64,000 bases of DNA from an uncultured virus (IMG/VR IMGVR_UViG_3300022552_000006) (taxonomy: Duplodnaviria; Heunggongvirae; Uroviricota; Caudoviricetes). Made by a program: the position numbers and the translations under genes. Shown in pieces: positions 60,059 to 64,000 of the stretch. The notes under the pieces are model-generated. The model did no database searches. It saw only the letters and a program-made list of their open reading frames with translations, and was not told where the DNA came from. The DNA lies in the IMG/VR virus record IMGVR_UViG_3300022552_000006. The stretch is one strand, 5' to 3'. Numbering within the stretch: position 1 is the first letter of the stretch; the number at the start of each line of letters is the position of its first letter.

Positions 60059-63000
60059 ATGGTTAAATACAGAAGAGTTTATTATGATAGCGTTAAGAAA
60101 TATGGCTTAAAGATTGGCATCACTTCAATTCCTGTTGTTTTTCTTCTTTTTATGCTTCTTGCCCAAAGAGGAGATATTACTATAACAGGATATTCTGGGG
60201 ACATGGTCTGTGCAGGGACGGAATTAGATCCCTGCTATGCTTACATTAACTTCACAGCCAACACGGACATTTATATTTATCCCAACGAGAATTGGACATT
60301 CAGCACGAACCCGCCAGTGAGGAAAGTTATCCTGCAAAGGAGCTGGCGGGATTCTTGGAGGACAATAAACCTGAGCAAGCCGTGGAATAAGAATGTGAAA
60401 TACGCCATAAAATTTAGCAAAGGAAAAAGCTATCAGATTAGATTTATTGGATACAAATATTATCCTTATGATGACATTAAATGGGGATTCGGGGACATAG
60501 ACCCCGTTTGGTATGGTGATAAATGGATTTCTCCATCATGGTCTAAAGAGATAAAGGAAGTGGTAGAATACAACAACGGAACGAGAGCAGTAGTAGATTT
60601 TGACAATATTAATTTTGCCGATATAGATAGAGCTGGATTATGGTTAGGAGACGAAAAGAAGAACATAGCAGGATTTGATAAGTCACACGGGCAGATAATA
60701 TTGTATCCTAAAGGATATGACAAGCCACCAGTTAATTTGTTTGTCAGGATACATGCGACAAAAGGAGCAAGCACTTACACTAAATGGCTAACAAGCAACA
60801 AAGGAAAACCGTATTGGAACGAGAAGATACTGGATGACGGAGCCACGCAGAAAGAATTAGGATATTATACAAACTTGACATATAACATATTTACGTTCCC
60901 CTGTTCTATTGGCATTAGAGGAGACACCCACCACGAGAAATGGAAGATACCGATAAATGTTTCAACACCGATAGATTTGGATGATATTTCGGTGGAATAT
61001 ATATTCGCTGTAAATCCAGATTCGGCAAAGAAAATGAAGTATGTGAGAGTAGTCGGGAAAAACGGTAGCGAGCAATACAGATTAAACAAGCTTATAGACA
61101 AATCCGGAGAGATTACACATAATTTTTATTTCTTGGATGAAAATAATAATACGATTTCATTTGTAGATTTTGAAAAGGAATTTAACCTTTCAAACTCTCA
61201 AGAGTGGAAGATAAAAAGAGTCACGCTCCCAAATGGGCAGTTCGTGTATGTCTTGTCGATTAGATTCAGCTTCGGAAGTTTGGATATGGACGAAGTGTTA
61301 AGTCTCAATGCCGATTGGACGACTCCGAGCAGCGTGGAGAGTTACAGTTCCCAGAGCTCTTTAGATACTGCAAGTAAGTCGATAGACGATTCCACTTCGA
61401 GTTATTGGGATGAAAATATTGGTAATGATAAAGATGGTCCGACTTACGAGTGGTATATCACATACGATATGGGGGACACCTACACGATTTCGAAGATAAG
61501 AATCTATGCAGATGGCGATGAGAGTTATAATCCTTGTAAAGTAGGAATCATAAAAGTCTGTGACGACCCTGACTGTAATGGAGAATCTAATTTGTTAAGT
61601 TCTGCATGTTCATTTTCTACTAAAAAAGAATGGCAGGAATGTTCATTTACGGCTACTTCAGGAAGGTATATCGAAGTTCGAGGAGGAATACGTCAGCCGT
61701 TTGGTGACTGTGTTAATAAAATTAATTATTTTTATACTCAAGATTTTTACGAGTTCGACGCCTATGTCGAGAGCGGGGACACATCTCCACCATCATTCTC
61801 AAACTGGCAACAGCAACCGCCAGATTTGAACTCAAGTTCTTTGGGAAAGTTATATATAAATGTCACGATAACGGACGATTCTGGAGTCAATGAATCTTCC
61901 GTAAAATTCTATCATTGGATAAATGATTCACAATATCCAGACCAACCTTGGTGCTTCTTAAATGGAACTGCTGGGGATTTCGAACACGAGCATACTATGA
62001 CCAACACTTCGTCTGTATTCAACATAACTCTGCACACTTACGCATACAACCCGTCAACGCATAATGTCCACCCAGAAACGATGAGGTCGGCAACGAAATA
62101 CAATTATAGCTTGGATTCAAATAACAAGGCATTAAAAGTCAGGTTTTACAACATTTCAACTCATCCGAATACAACTTTTGTCCTAAAGCCAAGGCTATAC
62201 AGAAATTCCGGGAATTTGTTGATTTATTATTGTAACAGCTCTTATACGACTGGCAAGGTATACAATTCTGATTATTGTATCCCTATAGCGACACTAACTT
62301 CTCAAGAAGACACAAACTACCAGAATACATATTTCTATGGGGATGAAAATTCTCTTTTAGATGGTATTAAGATTACATCAACGGGATACATAGTGTTTTA
62401 TGCGGAGGTAGGTTCGGACTGGGAAGTTGCTTACGCCAACATAGATTCAAACTCGGTTGAAACGACAGGAAATGGTGGAACATCTTGGACTAATCAAGAT
62501 TATTCAGCAGATACTTGGTTAATACAACTTAACGGAAATGGGCTAACTACCGTTGGATACAAAGTTTACGCTTGCGATAATGTAGGAAACTGCGATAATT
62601 CAACAGTCCAAAAGGACACCTATGCCATACATAATTTTGCACCTTCGCCAGCACCAGAAATATTAGTTCCTGAAAATTCAACTTATTCTGGAATTTTTAA
62701 CATAACTTGGACAGCGTCAAAAGACCCGAACAGCGACCCATTCAACTACTCAATATACTTATATCATTCTAATAATACTTTAGCTGCAATATTGGCAGAC
62801 AACAACATAACCGAAGGAACTGAATATTACACATTCGATTCGACAGGTTATCCAAACGGACAGTATTATTTAATGGCAAATGCCACAGATGATGTAGGTA
62901 ACACGAACTTCTACATTATGCCATATTATTTCACATTAGATAATAACCCACCGTTTTGGTCAGACAATTCCACGAATTCAACATTAGCAGGAAGCCCAAT

Positions 63001-64000
63001 ATTACATTCTTTAAAGTGGTATGATAATGATGGTCTAAGCGGTTATATTTTCAGTTTCTACAACGGAAGCAACACAACTTCTTGCGACGGGACTTTGGAC
63101 TGCTCTGGACTAAGCTCCGCCCAATGTCAGGCATGTTCTCAATGTTCTTACACGGCAGAAAATTGTAGCGGAACGCCCAATTCTTGCGATTCATACTCAA
63201 GCCAAAGCGACTGCGAACTTTGCGGTTGCACTTGGAGTGGCGGGGGAGGGAGCTATAACACCTATACACCAGACGATAATGACTTTGTCTGTACATTAAG
63301 AGCATCAGGAGGGGATTACTCTAAAATTAATGATTGGAGAAGTGCAATAGCATGCGATTTAACAGATTCCAGCACAAAGATATTCACGGTTTCAGATAGA
63401 GGTAATTATGATTCAAGTGACGATGGAAAAACGGTTACATTTTCAGGGGGAGGAACAGGAACTTTAAAACACATAAGCACATTTAACAAAGCTTTAATCG
63501 TAAGTTGTAGTGGAACTATAAATACTGGAACTGTAACTATAAGTTCAGGACATACGTTTACAATTTCAGATACAGGGCAACAAGTAGGGGATGTTGTTTT
63601 AAGTCTTTATAACGATTGGGCAAACGGTTATGATGAAGGCAGTGCTTATATAGACATTAAAAATTTTGTGACGGATGCTAATCATAAAGTAGTGATATGG
63701 ACAAACGCAAGTGCGTCTGGGACTCAAGGCCCGAACAGGCATAATGGAACTGCAGAAAGTGGATTTTTCGTTAATGAAACAGGCAGTAGTTACACTTTTG
63801 TTTTTAGAATATCTCATGTTCTTGTAGAAGGAATAGAAATTCAGCAACCTTCAAAACCTTCTATGGGAGTTTTCTATATGGATAGTGGATTAAATAATAC
63901 ATTTAGGAATTTACTAATACATAATGTCGGGGGAATTGTTTATCATGGGGAAGCTTCAACAATAGAAAATTCTATAATCTACGATTTTGGAAGTTCGGGA
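60059..64000 (+). CDS. Very large membrane-anchored or secreted multidomain protein, 3'-truncated by the window (missed by the ORF track)
   Basis: ATG at 60059, frame open to the window end; N-terminal hydrophobic helix (GITSIPVVFLLFMLLA), discoidin/F5-8-like segment (WYITYDMG...SGRYIEV), Ig-like and Cys-rich segments, many N-x-S/T sequons. Confidence 0.8.
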   Translation, partial: MVKYRRVYYDSVKKYGLKIGITSIPVVFLLFMLLAQRGDITITGYSGDMVCAGTELDPCYAYINFTANTDIYIYPNENWTFSTNPPVRKVILQRSWRDSWRTINLSKPWNKNVKYAIKFSKGKSYQIRFIGYKYYPYDDIKWGFGDIDPVWYGDKWISPSWSKEIKEVVEYNNGTRAVVDFDNINFADIDRAGLWLGDEKKNIAGFDKSHGQIILYPKGYDKPPVNLFVRIHATKGASTYTKWLTSNKGKPYWNEKILDDGATQKELGYYTNLTYNIFTFPCSIGIRGDTHHEKWKIPINVSTPIDLDDISVEYIFAVNPDSAKKMKYVRVVGKNGSEQYRLNKLIDKSGEITHNFYFLDENNNTISFVDFEKEFNLSNSQEWKIKRVTLPNGQFVYVLSIRFSFGSLDMDEVLSLNADWTTPSSVESYSSQSSLDTASKSIDDSTSSYWDENIGNDKDGPTYEWYITYDMGDTYTISKIRIYADGDESYNPCKVGIIKVCDDPDCNGESNLLSSACSFSTKKEWQECSFTATSGRYIEVRGGIRQPFGDCVNKINYFYTQDFYEFDAYVESGDTSPPSFSNWQQQPPDLNSSSLGKLYINVTITDDSGVNESSVKFYHWINDSQYPDQPWCFLNGTAGDFEHEHTMTNTSSVFNITLHTYAYNPSTHNVHPETMRSATKYNYSLDSNNKALKVRFYNISTHPNTTFVLKPRLYRNSGNLLIYYCNSSYTTGKVYNSDYCIPIATLTSQEDTNYQNTYFYGDENSLLDGIKITSTGYIVFYAEVGSDWEVAYANIDSNSVETTGNGGTSWTNQDYSADTWLIQLNGNGLTTVGYKVYACDNVGNCDNSTVQKDTYAIHNFAPSPAPEILVPENSTYSGIFNITWTASKDPNSDPFNYSIYLYHSNNTLAAILADNNITEGTEYYTFDSTGYPNGQYYLMANATDDVGNTNFYIMPYYFTLDNNPPFWSDNSTNSTLAGSPILHSLKWYDNDGLSGYIFSFYNGSNTTSCDGTLDCSGLSSAQCQACSQCSYTAENCSGTPNSCDSYSSQSDCELCGCTWSGGGGSYNTYTPDDNDFVCTLRASGGDYSKINDWRSAIACDLTDSSTKIFTVSDRGNYDSSDDGKTVTFSGGGTGTLKHISTFNKALIVSCSGTINTGTVTISSGHTFTISDTGQQVGDVVLSLYNDWANGYDEGSAYIDIKNFVTDANHKVVIWTNASASGTQGPNRHNGTAESGFFVNETGSSYTFVFRISHVLVEGIEIQQPSKPSMGVFYMDSGLNNTFRNLLIHNVGGIVYHGEASTIENSIIYDFGSSG

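Noticed and set aside
1..64000. Alternative genetic code or cellular chromosome origin
   Set aside because: Conserved genes read full length in code 11; no ribosomal or core metabolic genes are present, and housekeeping-like genes are interleaved with viral modules

Overview
This window looks like most of the genome of an AT-rich head-tailed virus (Caudoviricetes) of an archaeon. Support for a virus: terminase, portal, prohead protease/scaffold and an N4-gp56-like major capsid protein (47.5-58.2 kb). Support for an archaeal host: BRE/TATA promoters, GGTGA/GGAGG ribosome-binding sites, Alba, PCNA, an RNase HII homologue and a histone-fold protein. A DPANN-like host is an inference from gene style only. 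Layout: large N-glycosylation-sequon-rich proteins and a hub-like gene (1-5.7 kb and 59-64 kb, open at both window edges); a tRNA-Met(CAT) with a 15-nt D-loop insertion; a leftward variable region full of gene remnants and methyltransferases (5.9-10.6 kb); a replication module with primase-helicase, Cas4-like nuclease, phosphoesterase, Dcm and resolvase (10.6-17.4 kb); an origin-like inverted-repeat array (17.5-17.9 kb) followed by histone, SSB, HU-like and Alba genes; a sugar-nucleotide and glycosyltransferase cluster (23.6-31 kb); a leftward early region with an ATPase-HTH, DNA ligase, Ku and PCNA (33.4-44 kb); and a repeat- and promoter-rich switch region (44-47 kb). The most striking observation is an enzyme cassette inside the head operon, between portal and protease: a PAS protein, an MBL-hydrolase/ASCH/nucleotidyltransferase fusion and a double-ligase/phosphoesterase fusion. 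Together with Ku, a second ligase and an AEP-like protein elsewhere, this resembles a complete virus-encoded end-repair system. All assignments come from motif recognition by eye; no searches or folding programs were run. No integrase, DNA polymerase or CRISPR array was recognised.
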